Part shown: piece after piece, positions 1 through 12,776 of the stretch
Numbering within the stretch: position 1 is the stretch's first letter
How the letters are laid out: every line of letters starts with the position of its first letter
Assembly (NCBI RefSeq): GCF_006345805.1
Contig: NC_043012.1
Span: forward strand, 53,010,001 to 53,074,000
Direction: 5' to 3'
Source of the DNA: Octopus sinensis
Taxonomy: Eukaryota
DNA length: 64,000 nucleotides
The notes under the pieces: model-generated
Database searches by the model: none
Told to the model about the DNA's origin: nothing
The model's input: the letters and a program-made list of their open reading frames with translations, nothing else
Translations under genes and position numbers: made by a program

Positions 1-1092
1 TATTTACACACACACACACATATATATATTCATATGTATGTATGCATGTATATACATTCCCTGATGTTCTCATCTTCCCCGACAAAAACATGCTGAAGAA
101 CTCAAATAACAGGCAGGCAGGCAGCAGAAGATAGAATATTTGCGGCATGTTTATTTGATCACGCATGTTTACGTTTATATTGGTAAACAGAAAAAAAGTC
201 TCACTATATGCCGGTGCCAATCCAAATAGGAGAACTGGCAGATTCCACGCCGTGTTCAAATAACAAGCACCAACCTGACTCCAATAAACAAATAGTTATG
301 TCTTCAGATCTGTCCAGTTCAATAGAAAACCCTCACACACACACATACTAAGGAGACTGTAACATGGGCTGAACATAACGGCTTTGATGAAATGCTCATA
401 ATTGATGGACGTAAGTTTATAGTATTTACCAAAGTAAAATTAAAAATTAAAAAAAAAGACATGAAAGATAGAAAAAAATTTTTAAACTAAAAATATTACA
501 ATATTTTAATTTGAAATTACAAAATCCAAATACAGACATTAAAATAAAAAAAAAATTCAAATGATTAAGAAATTAAATAATATTTTTTTTTATTTTTACC
601 AAAAAAAGTTAGAAATAAAAAAAATGTTTTGTTTATTAAAAAAAAAAAAATTCAATTCTCTGTTTCATATCGTAGAAATGATTAAAATAGATCCCTCGCC
701 TCTAAATAACGGTGTTTAATTAGTGAGAAGTAAATAGTAGTGACCGTTCTCCAAACAGACAACACAATATTAACAGAGCAATAAGAGAAACCATAGTAGG
801 AAATGATGCCAACAAATTTAGCCAGGAATTATTAAAATCTGATGATTTAATAGTTTATAATGGTCATACGTACAGACATACATACATACATGTAAATAAC
901 ATTCTTAAACATACATATGCATCTATACACACAATCATATGCGTAAACACATCTGCACCTCTATCTGTTATGCTATTATACACAAACGTGTGTATGCACA
1001 CATGGAAACATATATATATATATATGCACATGAACATGCCCAGTTCTATACATACATGCAGACATATACATACATACATGTGTGTGCGTCTG

Positions 1093-1144
<52 letters not shown>

Positions 1145-1170
1145 CATCTGTACAAATTTGTTTGTATATG

Positions 1171-1203
<33 letters not shown>

Positions 1204-2354
1204 GCATATTCAGATATACATTTGTGTATGCTGCAGCAAAAATGCACCACCATAAACGCATGTGTATATATCAGTGTGTGTATATGTGTCACTGTGGGAG
1301 TGTGTGTATGTGTGACAGAGAGAGAGAGCGGGTTAGCGTGTCAGAATGTGTGTGTGTATGTGTGTGTGTGAATTCACCTGCTTAAGCAAACACGGTGTTG
1401 GTGATAAAGCTTGACTAAAATAAATGTTGGGGGATATTTATCATAAAGAAGTGGAAACAAGTCTACAGGAATACCGAACTACAGGAATAGATCAATCAAA
1501 CATGACAGAATCAACTTCACACAAGCAATGAAATCTGAAAACAAATCATAGACTACCCATCATTAAAGTAATTAAACCGACATAATTACCACTGTTCTCA
1601 GACATTCCCCAAAGTTTGCACAGATCCTTGCAGTTCTCAAACTCACGATTCAAATAAACAGAAACTTCAAAAACAAATATTTCCACATAAAAACCAGGCC
1701 AGAAACTTTTGTTTTCCTTGCAGTCGATGATATGGAGCAATGGTTACATAAGGAATACAATCTCCCATTTCCTTTCCGTATTTTCCTCTCAGTCTAAGTA
1801 TCTGTTTTGTGTATGTGTATGTGTGTGTGCATGTGTGTGTCCCCTTTAAGTTCACTTAAGGGGAAAAGTTTTGAGCATGCAGACAAAAGCTCATATTCTA
1901 TTATGCCAGCTATGGCCTAATGATGCTAAATGGCGATACCAGTTTTTGGGGGTTGCACCAAGCTGTGCTGATATATTTCACCCAAAGAAATGAATGCATA
2001 ATACGGACTGCACCGTAATCATCCCAGGGATACAGACTATAAACTTAAGAGACATGTGATTTGTAGAAATGCATGTAACAATCATCACCATCATAATCAT
2101 TTAACATCCACTTTCCATGCTGGCATGGGTTGGACGATTTGACTGAGGACTGGCGAACCAGATGGCTGCACCAGGCTCCAGTCTAATCTGGCAGAGTTTC
2201 TACAGCTGGATGCCCTTCCTACTGCCAACCACTCCGAGAGTGTAGTGGGTGCTTTTATGTGCCACCGACACGAGGGCCAGTAAGGCGGTACATGCATTAA
2301 AATATTTATAAATCCCATCCAAGGATTATTATTGTTATTACTATATATATATAT

Positions 2355-2526
2355 ATAGGCACAGGAGTGGTTGTGTGGTAAGAAGCTTGCTTTCTAACCA
2401 CGTGGTTCTGGGTTCAGTGCTACTGCATGGCAACTTGAGCAAGTGTCTTCTACTATAGCCTCAGGCTGAGCAAAACCTTGTGAGTGGATTAGGCAGATGG
2501 AATCTGAAAGAAAGCTGTCGTGTATG

Positions 2527-2581
<55 letters not shown>

Positions 2582-2790
2582 TTATGTCTGTGTTTGTCTC
2601 TACATTACTGCTTGACAACCGGTGTTGGTGTGTTTACATCTCCATAACTTAGCGGTTCAGCAAAAGAGCCTGATAGAATAAGTACCAGGCTTAAGAAATA
2701 AGTATTTGGGTTGATTCAATCGACTAAAAATTAAAGGTAGTGCCCCAGCATGGCTGCAGTCTAATGACTGAAACAAGTAAAAGATAAAAG
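2355..2790 (+). mobile_element. SINE family B, full length, with internal (TA)n(TG)n
   Basis: Head ataggcacaggagtgg..tggtaagaagcttgc...gggttcagt (tRNA A/B-box-like), CORE-like ttgagcaagtgtc, tail gaaacaagtaaaag. More than 20 copies or fragments in the window. Confidence 0.85.
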
Positions 2791-2822
<32 letters not shown>

Positions 2823-2823
2823 A

Positions 2824-3293
2824 ATTGGTGAATTGAAGAAGTGGAGCTGAACGAAGATTGAACAGAAATCGTTTTATTTCATTCTACACGTGTTTCGAAA
2901 GGCACAATTTACCAAAATCCGATTGAATAATGAGACCATATTGTGTCTTTCTCAGGAAGAAATAGGAAATCCGTTGGAAAAAACGGATTTCCTATTTCTT
3001 CCTGAAGAGAAAGACACAATATGGTCTCATTATTCAATCGGATTTTGGTAAATTGTGCCTTTCGAAACACGTGTAGAATGAAATAAAACGATTTCTGTTC
3101 AATCTTCGTTCAGCTCCATTTCTTCAATTCACCAATAATATTTTAATTTCAATTATCCGCACCAACGCACGGTTGCAACACCATATGGTTGTACCTCCAA
3201 CCGTGCTGTCTTCTGCTTTGATTTTTGCTACCAAGGTATCGGTTAAACTTTTGATTAATCTGCTACAAGATTATTCATCTTTCTATTTCACAT
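2824..3293. mobile_element. Fold-back HHR-bearing element between (TA)n arrays (Penelope-like terminal repeat or retrozyme-like)
   Basis: Arms 2824-2975 and 2982-3136 are reverse complements (1 mismatch, one 3-nt indel, 6-nt spacer). Unique tail to about 3293. (TA)n on both flanks. Confidence 0.6.
2993..3085 (+). ncRNA. Type I hammerhead ribozyme motif with canonical core
   Basis: Core CUGAAGA 3002-3008 and GAAA 3064-3067. Stem II 3009-3020/3052-3063 (11 of 12 pairs). Palindromic stem III ACACGUGU 3067-3074 with GUA cleavage triplet (H17=3075). Stem I 2993-3001/3076-3085 (9 bp, one U bulge). Confidence 0.78.
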
Positions 3294-3681
3294 AATATAT
3301 ATATATATACAGGTTTCAGTGAATAAATTGTCATCGCAATTACGCAAAAATGAAAATAACATTGACATCTCATTTTGAAAGATATATTTACCAAAATTCC
3401 ATAAAAAAATGACTAGGACATATAAATATGAATAGGACATTTCAATTCAAATTCTCATATGAAAGTTATTTTCTGCCATAACTTTTAAAGTTTCCAACTG
3501 ATTTTCTTGAAATTTTATACACAGATGGAATATGTGCTATGCATGGGTTGAGACAAATAAAGTTTTACCTGGGTCACTTAAGCAAGGTGTAAGATGATTT
3601 TTGATTAACTGATTTATGAAATTTGGCCTAAATTGTTGTGGGGTTAAAATGTTCATCAATTATTTCAGCATTCTCAGGTTG

Positions 3682-3815
3682 CTGTAACATGTATTTTCTT
3701 AACACCTGCACTTAAAATTATCGATTCTTAACATTGCAACATTGTGTGCTAAAACATGTAACATATATTTTCTTAACAACTGCACTTAAAATTGTCAGTT
3801 CTAACCATTGCCATC
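3682..3815. repeat. Two-copy about 75-bp tandem repeat
   Basis: gtaacat(g/a)tattttcttaaca(c/a)ctgcacttaaaatt at about 3682 and 3759. Confidence 0.7.
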
Positions 3816-4202
3816 AATAGTTGATTCTCACAATCAGTGGAACTATACCCATGAAACACAGTTGTCAAATGAAGTACCTTTTCTCTAAATAATTTTTCGT
3901 TTACTTTTCAAACTTTTATGTTCTTTTTTCTTCATAACACTCGTTTACAATTCCCTTCTTGATGTTTCCATTGATTATATATTTGCAGCTTTACACTCAT
4001 CTGACTAAATGATTGTCATTTTCCTATTCCACATGTATTTATTTGTATTACTGTTTCGCGAATGAATTTGCTTATGCCTTCAATAATCTGTCCTATGTGT
4101 TGATTTCATTTTTTGTCTCAGAGAAATTAGGCATTGTAATGGGTACTGGGAATATCCCTGCTCTAAGGTATTATCAGATACCTCAGCTAGTATATATATA
4201 TA

Positions 4203-5369
4203 TTAGGACATTAAGAATGAAATGTCTGATTTTCTTATGCACCAGGTTTGACAGTCATTAATTCTAATGTTTTATCCTCCTGACAATTCTTTGTTTTACA
4301 ACATTGAAGAGTCATAGCATCACTTTTTGAAATGCAATTCTGATTATATTATGATTATATTCTGTTTTCTCTTGTAAATCAATTTTGTGAACCCATGGAA
4401 AAGATCAAAGATTCATGCTGTTTATGATATGAGTTCTGTCATGGAACCAATACATCCCAGACAGCTCAAAACATCGATGAGGGGTTTGGTGAAGATGAGG
4501 TGAATGAGCACATTGTATGTCAATGGTTTGAGAAGTTCCAGTCTGGTGATTTAGCTCTTGAAAATCAGCCCCATGGTAGACTTTAGATGAAGGTGGATAA
4601 TGATAAACTGGATATTGTAATAGAAGCAGATACATCTCAAACTACGTGTGAGTTAGCAGCAAGGTTTGATGCTTCGATTCTAGCTGTATTGGACCATCTA
4701 AAGCAAATCAACAGGATAAAGAAGCTGGACAAGTGGGTACTTGCTGTTCTTTGTTGTCACGGCATAAAAGTGAACCGTTTTTGCATTGTATTGATATGTG
4801 TAATGAAAAATGTATTCTTTACAATAGCAAGCATTCTGCACGGTGGTTGGATAGAGACAAAGTGCCAAAACAATCCAAAAAAGAATATTCACCAGAAAAA
4901 GTTAATGGTGTCCATTTGGTGATCCAGCACTGATCTCATCCACTACAGCTTCATTAGACCTGGTAAGTCAATTACAGTGGATATTTACATCAACCAACTG
5001 AATGAAATGATGAGTGAACTTGGAATTAAATAACCGATGACATTCCAAAGGCTGGAGCAGTTTGAATGGGAAATGATGCCCCACCCATGATATTCGCCAG
5101 ACATTACCCCATCTGATTATCATTTATTTCGCAGTCTTGAAAATCATTTGGACAGAAAAAATATGAATTCTGTAGATGAGGTGAGAACAGTACTAGAAGA
5201 GTATTTTTCATCACGGGCAGGTGAATTTTGGAAGAGGAACTATACAGAGCTGCCCAGATTGACAGAAGAACATTATATAAAAAGGAGATTAAAAAAAAAA
5301 CTTTGCTTATCTTAAGTCTGAAAAATAAAAGAAGTATAAAAAAACTGCTTTATCTATGGGATGACCCAA
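4203..5369 (+). mobile_element. Degenerate mariner transposon (transposase pseudogene, internally deleted)
   Basis: ATG at 4395. Remnants include QWFEKFQSGD..LENQPHGR, KKLDKWV, KKLMVSIW and HP*YSPDITPSDYHLF. Stops and frameshifts present; region with the second catalytic D is missing near 5035. TA-flanked ends ttaggacat / ttgggtcat. Confidence 0.88.
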
Positions 5370-5716
5370 TATATATTTATATATATATAGGCCATCATTA
5401 GTCATTATCATCATTTAATGTGTGTAGCTGGCAAGAGCATGCCAAGCTCTACTGTCCATTTCTGTATGGGTTTTACGGCTCAATGCTCTTCCTACCACCA
5501 ACCACTTTACGGAGTGTACTGGGTGCCTTTTACATGGCACCAGTATCAACAAAGAGTCTGCTTTGGTATGATTTTTACAGCTAGATGCCCGTTCTAATGC
5601 CAACCACTTTACAGAGTGAACTGAGTATTATAAATCTTGATGATCAGTCAGACAGTTTGAATACACAAATACACATCTGAATAAATAAATTATAAATATA
5701 TATATATATATATATA

Positions 5717-5930
5717 TTGGACCACTGAATGCTACCCTGTTTTTTCTCTCTATATTTTTTTTTCATTCTCTTTCCATTTTTTCCTTCTTATTCCTTTCTG
5801 TTGAAGAGTGTAGGCTCGAAATGCAAAAGACTTTACCAATTCTCGAGAGTATAAAACTAATACACCTGTTTGTTGTTCCTACACCTGTCGTCATCTTCTG
5901 TTTCTCTGTAAATTTGAACTATATAAATAT
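5717..5930 (+). mobile_element. Short (TA)n-bounded element, family 3, with decayed variant hammerhead CTGTTGA-A-GAGTGTAGGCTC-GAAA
   Basis: Colinear with the reverse complement of 46805-47000. Motif at 5798-5829. Confidence 0.45.
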
Positions 5931-5973
5931 GTGTGCGTATATATGCGTGTGTACATGTGTGTGCATGTGTGTG

Positions 5974-6010
<37 letters not shown>

Positions 6011-6710
6011 GTGTGTGTACGTGTGTGTGTGCGTATATATATATATATATATATACACATACATTGATAGGCAGATATATAGATATACTGTGTCTATGTA
6101 TATACATTTATACACTGGTAGAAAGTTATGAAACTAATTCAAGAATCTTGCACATAACACTTATCAAACTGACTCAAAATTTGAGACTTCTTTTCTTATG
6201 TAGTGTAATTTACAATTCTTTCCAGAAATTCCAATTAATATTAATGATGGACTGACACCCGAAAACTGGAAATTTTGAATATCCCTCCCACACACATACA
6301 CATACAAACACACACTAACATATATATCAGCATCTCTCACTAATCAGCTTCTTGCAAATCAGGCAAACTAAGTTAGGTGGAAGAATATGTAAAGAGAAGG
6401 GAAAACAGGGAAGAGAGAAAGCCTTGTGAGTGGGTTTGGAAGATGGAAACTGAAAGAATCTTGTTGTGTGTGTGTTTTGTGTCAGTGTTTGTCCCCTACC
6501 ACCACTTGAAAACTGGTGTTGGTGTGTTTATGTCCCCGTAATTTAGCAGTTCGGCAAAAGAGACCAATAAAATAAGTACTAGGCCCCAAAAAATAAGTAC
6601 CAGGGTCAATTTGTCGAACAAAAAACCTCTTCAAGGCAATGCCCCAGCATAGCCAGTCAAATGACTGAAACAAGTAGAAGACAAAAGATAATCACATTAT
6701 AGAAATCTCA

Positions 6711-7389
6711 GGGTAAAGACCCCCTTTGGTCATGAATGATTATAGGACTGCAGCAAGAAAGTACCCCTTGAAGGCACAAATCTAGGCAAGGTTGTTTTAT
6801 GGAAGACCAGCAGTCACCCATGCATACCAGCCTCTCTTTTCCACACCACCGATGTTATCCGAGGGAAAGGCAAAAGTCAATACAGCTTGGCACCTGTGAT
6901 GTCGCAACTCATTTCTGTAGGTGAGTGAACCGGAGCAGGGTGAAACAAAGTGTCTTACACAAGAACACAACACACAACCCAGTCCAGGAACAGAAGTCAC
7001 TGCCTCATGATTGTGAGTCCAACACTCTAACCACTGAGCCATGTGCATTCACATTAAAATAAAGACTGTCTTCGGTCATGAATGACCATGGGATTGCATC
7101 TAGGAAGTTACCACTCCCCATGATAAAGGTCCAAGGAAGATTGTTTATGGAAGACCAACAGTCACCCATACATACCTGCCTCCCCTTTTCATGCTATCGT
7201 TGTTATCCAAGGGAAAGGCAAAGGCCAATACAGCTTGAACCAGTGACATCGCAACTCATTTCTGCAGCTGAGTGAAGTGGAGCAACATAAAACAAAGTGT
7301 CTGGCTGAAGAATGCAACACAGCCCAACCAAGGAATCAAAGTCACTACCCCATGATTGTGACCCTCACCACTGAGTCATGTGCCTTCAC
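6711..7389 (-). mobile_element. Two tandem copies of SINE family F (D-like head, different tail): 6711-7052 and 7061-7389
   Basis: Both are reverse complements of 41633-41953 and clearly diverged from each other. Confidence 0.75.
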
Positions 7390-8729
7390 ACACACATGTG
7401 TGTGTGTGTGAGATGATGTCAGTGAAGTAAATGTAATGAACTACAGAATATAGGAATCTAAGTTTCAAGTCTTATTAGGGTGCCATTATACTGTGTCCCT
7501 AAACAAGGCAAGTAACTGCTTATTTCAGTTTTTCTGACTGGACAATAAAGAAACAATTAATAAGAGAAAGTTCTACTTTTATATGAGAACTGAATGGTTA
7601 ACATTAAGAAAAACACACAGCCTGGAGCAGGAATTGAACTCATTACCTCATGATTGCTAGCCTGACACTCTAACCACTGAACCATGTGCCTTTACCATAG
7701 AAATCCCAAAGCTATGAGACAATGCATGATGAATTCAAAACAATGTATATGAATAAGAATCACAATTAACAGAATAATATGAATGCCAAGGGGTTAAAAT
7801 AACTTGCAGTAGCAAGCTTTGAACCGAAGAATATCAGGCTGATGGACCAACACCTTAGTCTCATAACCACTAGGTGGCAGCATTATGTTGGCCATACAAA
7901 ATAAGAAAAAAATAACACACAAGAAAAAAAAAATCATATAAAACAGAAATATAAAAAAGTATATATATATATAATAAAAACAAGATTGATTTTTTTTTTT
8001 CTATCCAAAGAATTATTCTACCTCCTACCTTTCCACCTGCCTCGCCTCAGTAATTATAACTGACCCCCTTCATTTTCTACATGACTGACAGCTGCATTGT
8101 GCATGGATCTGAATTACACTGCACACAATATCACTTTCTTTTTATTCTTTCTCAATCTCTTCTCCCCCCTCTCTCTCACCCACTTATCATCAGAAAGACT
8201 TTCTTACCCTCAAACACCACCTTCACCACCACCACCATTCCTACTCTTTCTCTCTCTCTCCTGCTTTTACTCTATCTCATCCGCACACATCATTTCCAGA
8301 AATTTCCCATATGTTCTTCCAGTCTCCTGGTCTGGAAAGAGACGACAATGGCTGCTGAGTGTTTCAAGACACTGGATTCCTGATTTGAAAAGTCATGAAT
8401 TCAAACACTGTCTTAGACACAGAACACTACAGAATTGTCTCCGTGATGCCATAACCAAAAGCGACAACTACAGTCACAGACCATCTAGTTGCAACTAAAA
8501 CTAAGTGCCATTTCCAAAGCGTGGTTCAATGGTTACAGTTAGCTAGGCATGAAACTGTAAAACTTCTACAGAAAAAAAAACAAAAAAAAAACAAGTCACG
8601 ATATTTCAAGCAGAATGTTTGATTAAACAAAACAATAAGAAAAACAACAAATGATATACAAAAACCAAGTGAAGAAAAACACATTTACAACTTAATTTGA
8701 TAGTTGATAAAACCAATGTACAGCATACC

Positions 8730-8798
8730 TTATGTGTGTGTGTGTGTGTGTGTATACGTGTTCACTTATATGAATGTATGTACATATATACGTGTGTG

Positions 8799-8855
<57 letters not shown>

Positions 8856-9291
8856 GGCTGCGTGGTAAGAAGCTTGATTCCCAACAACATGCTTCCAGTT
8901 TCAATCCCACTGTGTGGCACCTTGGGCAAGTGTCTTCAACTATAGCCTTGGGCCAACCAAGACCTTATGAGTGGATTTGGTAGACACAAACTGAAAGAAG
9001 CCCATTATGTGTGTGTGTGTGTGTGGTGTGTGTGTGTGTGTATACGTGTTCACTTATATGAATGTATGTACATATATACGTGTGTGTGTGTGCATATATA
9101 TATATATATATATAATATATATATATATATGTATGTATGTATGGCTGCGTGGTAAGAAGCTTGATTCCCAACAACATGCTTCCAGTTTCAATCCCACTGT
9201 GTGGCACCTTGGGCAAGTGTCTTCAACTATAGCCTTGGGCCAACCAAGACCTTATGAGTGGATTTGGTAGACACAAACTGAAAGAAGCCCA
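8730..9291 (+). repeat. Direct tandem duplication (275 + 287 bp) of a microsatellite plus SINE B head
   Basis: Units 8730-9004 and 9005-9291 differ only within the TG/TA tracts. Confidence 0.9.
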
Positions 9292-9528
9292 TTATGTGTG
9301 TGTGTGTGTGTGTGTGTGTCTTTGTACCTGTGTCTGTTCCCACCATCACTGCTCAAAACCAGCGTTGGTGTGCTTGCAACCATGTCACTTAGCAGTTCAG
9401 CAAATAAGACCAACAGAATACACACTAAGCTTAACAAAATTAAATGCTAGGGTCAATTCATTCGACTAAAAATTCTTCAAGCTGCAGAATGGCCACAGTC
9501 TAATGGCTGACACAAATAAAATATAAAA

Positions 9529-9563
<35 letters not shown>

Positions 9564-9747
9564 GGAATAAAGACGGCTGTTTGTTTTTGTTTTTTTTTGT
9601 GTGACAGATACCAGGCAATCATGAGGAATATGACACACATCCAACCCATGCCAGTAAGGAAATATGGACACTACATCAATGGAAAACAGCCTGCTCATGA
9701 TATTAACAGGCACAGGGTTGAGCAATCCACAGACATGAGTACCTTTC

Positions 9748-9980
9748 GGTGGCGAGCTGGCAGAAACATTAGCACACCGGGTGAAATGCTTAGCGATATT
9801 TCGTCTGTCTTTACGTTCTGAGTTCGAATTCCGCTGAGTTCAACTTTGCATTTCATCCTTTCAGGGTTGATAAATTAAGTACCAGTTAAGCACTGGGGTC
9901 GATGTAATCGACTGAATCCCTTTGTCTATCCTTGTTTGTCCCCTCTATGTTTAGCCCCTTGTGGGCAATAAAGAAATAAA
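9748..9980 (+). mobile_element. SINE family A with TSD
   Basis: Head ggtggcgagctggcagaaac...gagttcgaattcc. Flanks agacatgagtacc (9731-9743) and agacgtgagtacc (9981-9993), 12/13 identical. Confidence 0.85.
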
Positions 9981-10441
9981 AGACGTGAGTACCCTTGACG
10001 AAGGTTTCAAGGAGATTCAGTGTGACACAGAATGTGACAAAGCTGGCCCTTTTGATTACATGCACAAATTGTTTTAGTCAGCTGAGGGGACTGGAGCAAT
10101 GTGAAATAATGCTTCTTGCTCAAGAACACATGCCACCAGGAATCAAACTTGTGACTTTACAACCATGGGCCGAATACTTCTAACCACTAAGCCACACCCT
10201 CCATTGGACAGTAAATCATAATTCATACACACACACATATACATATGATATATGCATATACATACATATATGTATGTATGTATATACATACATATATGTA
10301 TGTATATAGACATATATGTGTATATGTATATACATACATATGTGTGAATATGTATCTACATACATATGTGTATATGTATCTACATACATATGTGTATATA
10401 TATGTAATATGTGCATAGATATATTTAGAAAGGTGTGTGCA

Positions 10442-10474
<33 letters not shown>

Positions 10475-10960
10475 GAATATATATATATATGAATATATAT
10501 ATATATATGAATATGTATATATATGAATATGTATATATGAATATGTATATATCAATATTTATATATGCATTCGTGTTTGTGTGGCTGTATATGTTTTGTT
10601 GCGTGTGCCTGTGTGCAAAAGATAGTAGGTTGAACAATTTGGAACGGTGATAATAGTTGACAGCAAACCTCTTATTCATAAATATCTTCTTCATATTCTG
10701 ATGACAGAAGTTAAAGAACAAACTCTGGGTGCTACCCAATGAAGCTGAAGTCAACTGACAGCACCAGTGCAGTTAATTAATGTTATTGCTTGCACTGTGT
10801 TTCATGCTAATCTAGAGACCCCAACTTGGGTGACTGCGAGTAAACAGTGTGACAGCTAACAACAACAACAACAATAATAAAAATAATAATAATAATAATA
10901 ATAATAATGATAATAATATATGAAGCAAAAGGTTTTAATTAAAAGGCTTAACTATCATAT

Positions 10961-11343
10961 TCTTTTACTCTTTTACTTGTTTCAGTCATTTGACTGCGGT
11001 CATGCTGGAGCACCACCTTTAGTCGAGTAAATCGACCCCAGGACTTATTCTTTGTAAGTCTAGTACTTATTCTATTGGTTTCTCTTGCCGAACTGCTAAG
11101 TTACGGGTACGGAAACACACCACCATCGGTTGTCAAGCAATGCTGGGGGAACAAACATACATATATATACATATATATAACGGGCGTCTTTCAGTTTCCG
11201 TCTACCAAATCCACTCACAAGGCTTTGGTTGGCCTGAGGCTATAGTAGAAGACACTTGCTAAAGGTACCATGCAGAGGGACTGAACCCAGAACCATGTGG
11301 TTGGTAAGCAAGCTACTTACCACACAGCCACTCTAGCACCTAT
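10961..11343 (-). mobile_element. SINE family B
   Basis: Reverse complement of the family B consensus, head to tail. Confidence 0.85.
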
Positions 11344-11495
11344 TACACATTTTTGCACACAATTCACACAACAAATGCACCACAGAATTGCAATCTAATA
11401 ACACAGCACAACCCAGACAACTCCTAATAAAATACCATAGTGCCCGTTTTATATAACTGACACCCAAAATGATAGCAAGCATCACATACAATTAA

Positions 11496-12376
11496 CCCTC
11501 CCAACCCGAGGTCCTTGTGTCTAACTTTACCCTCCACCTGGGCTCCTGAAGCATAAAAAAATAAAATAAAAATAGATAATTACATAGACAACACAAGAGT
11601 AATAATTGCTGGCAATTTAATGGACAGAATCAAAGAAAAAAAGAATATTCAGACAATAACAATAGTAAGCCTTACTATCAGGTACCATATTTCTTAGGCA
11701 AACTAAGAGACAGAGTCACAAAAAAAAAAATTCAGCAGCAGCAGCAGGGGGGAGAGAAGGAGGAGGAAGAGGAGAAGGAGGAGGAAGGAGAAAAGGAAGA
11801 GGAAGAGGGGGAAGTGGAGAGGGAAGAGGGAAAGGAAGGGGAAAGGGAAGAGGGGTAGGAAGAGGAAAAGGAAGGGGAAGAGGGGGAAGAGGAAGGGGAA
11901 AGGGAAGGGAAAGAGGGGAAGAGGTGGAGGAGGAGGAGGGTGATGATGATGGTGATGGGGGGGTTGCTGTTTATCAACTACTATATATGTTCACTTGAAT
12001 CACTACTTTTCTCATCAAGTTCACCAATTTGATAGTCTGAATCTCTCTCATTGCCAGCATAAGTGTAAACTCTTCATCTGAAGAATAAATATCATCAATA
12101 ATTTCTTGACTTCATCACACACAAGTTTTATCACAAATCTGTCAGTTTTTTTTTTTTGTTTTTTTTATGTGATTGAAAAACAAAAATAAATCACAGCTAT
12201 GAGGAACACCATACGAGTCATAAACTCACTTGACAACAAAGTTGCAATGTAATCGTTTGTACAACTCTAACATGATATCTTCATATACATGCGTTGTTCG
12301 TTACCACTTTAGCAGGAATCCGGCAGAGATGACATTTAAGTTATTCTCCCTACAGTGAGAACACCGCTTGACAGGG
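11496..12376 (-). mobile_element. Possible piggyBac remnant
   Basis: TTAA-CCCT at both ends (11492, 12377-12380), 9/13 TIR match. Frameshifted acidic peptide SQEIIDDIYSSDEEF...DSDYQIGELDEKSSDSSE at about 11990-12115 (minus). Confidence 0.33.
11735..11960. repeat. Purine-rich (GGA/GGGAA)n low-complexity tract
   Basis: Almost pure G/A on the plus strand. Confidence 0.9.
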
Positions 12377-12776
12377 TTAAGAATTGATGAAACTCACCTT
12401 CTGCAAAATTACCACCCAACAATATAAAGAAACCAGGTAAAAAGCTTCTGACAATGCTGAAAGTCTAACGGAACCTACATAGCTGGATTTTTTTGGACTG
12501 TTCTTTTCTTCTGAAGATAGGCCTTTGTGCTTAAAATATAAAGGTTTTATTAAACATTCCACATTGTCAGAAGCTTTCTATTTTCTCTTTTTTACTTTCT
12601 TCGATATTACAATGCTTCAAATGAACTACAACACACTTCCTAAGAAACCAATATAGCACACACCCTACATAATTATTTTATAGCTTTTCTTGAGCCCTAG
12701 TGCTTGTAAGGCAAGCTACCCAGTTTCCATGGCACATAAGCAAATGAGATCATAGTATTCCCCTGAATGAGATACC

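Noticed and set aside
204-273. Exon-like segment VGACYLNTAWNLPVLLFGLAPAY with AG/GT boundaries on minus
   Set aside because: Weak pyrimidine tract and no recognisable homology; cannot be supported without RNA data.
3309-3650. TA-preceded caggtttcagtgaataaattgtc, a possible DNA-transposon end
   Set aside because: No matching opposite TIR or coding remnant found.
10640-10754. QSLFFNFCHQNMKKI, loosely like COG1 QSFLFSLCQEINRV
   Set aside because: Lacks the preceding SWY and following GGH, and has no donor; chance similarity.
12398-12530. Strong donor CAGAAG|gtgagt with possible peptide IVRSFLPGFFILLGG, loosely like COG1 VQSFL...VGG
   Set aside because: Spacing does not fit the COG1 motif and no phase-consistent acceptor gives a homologous peptide.
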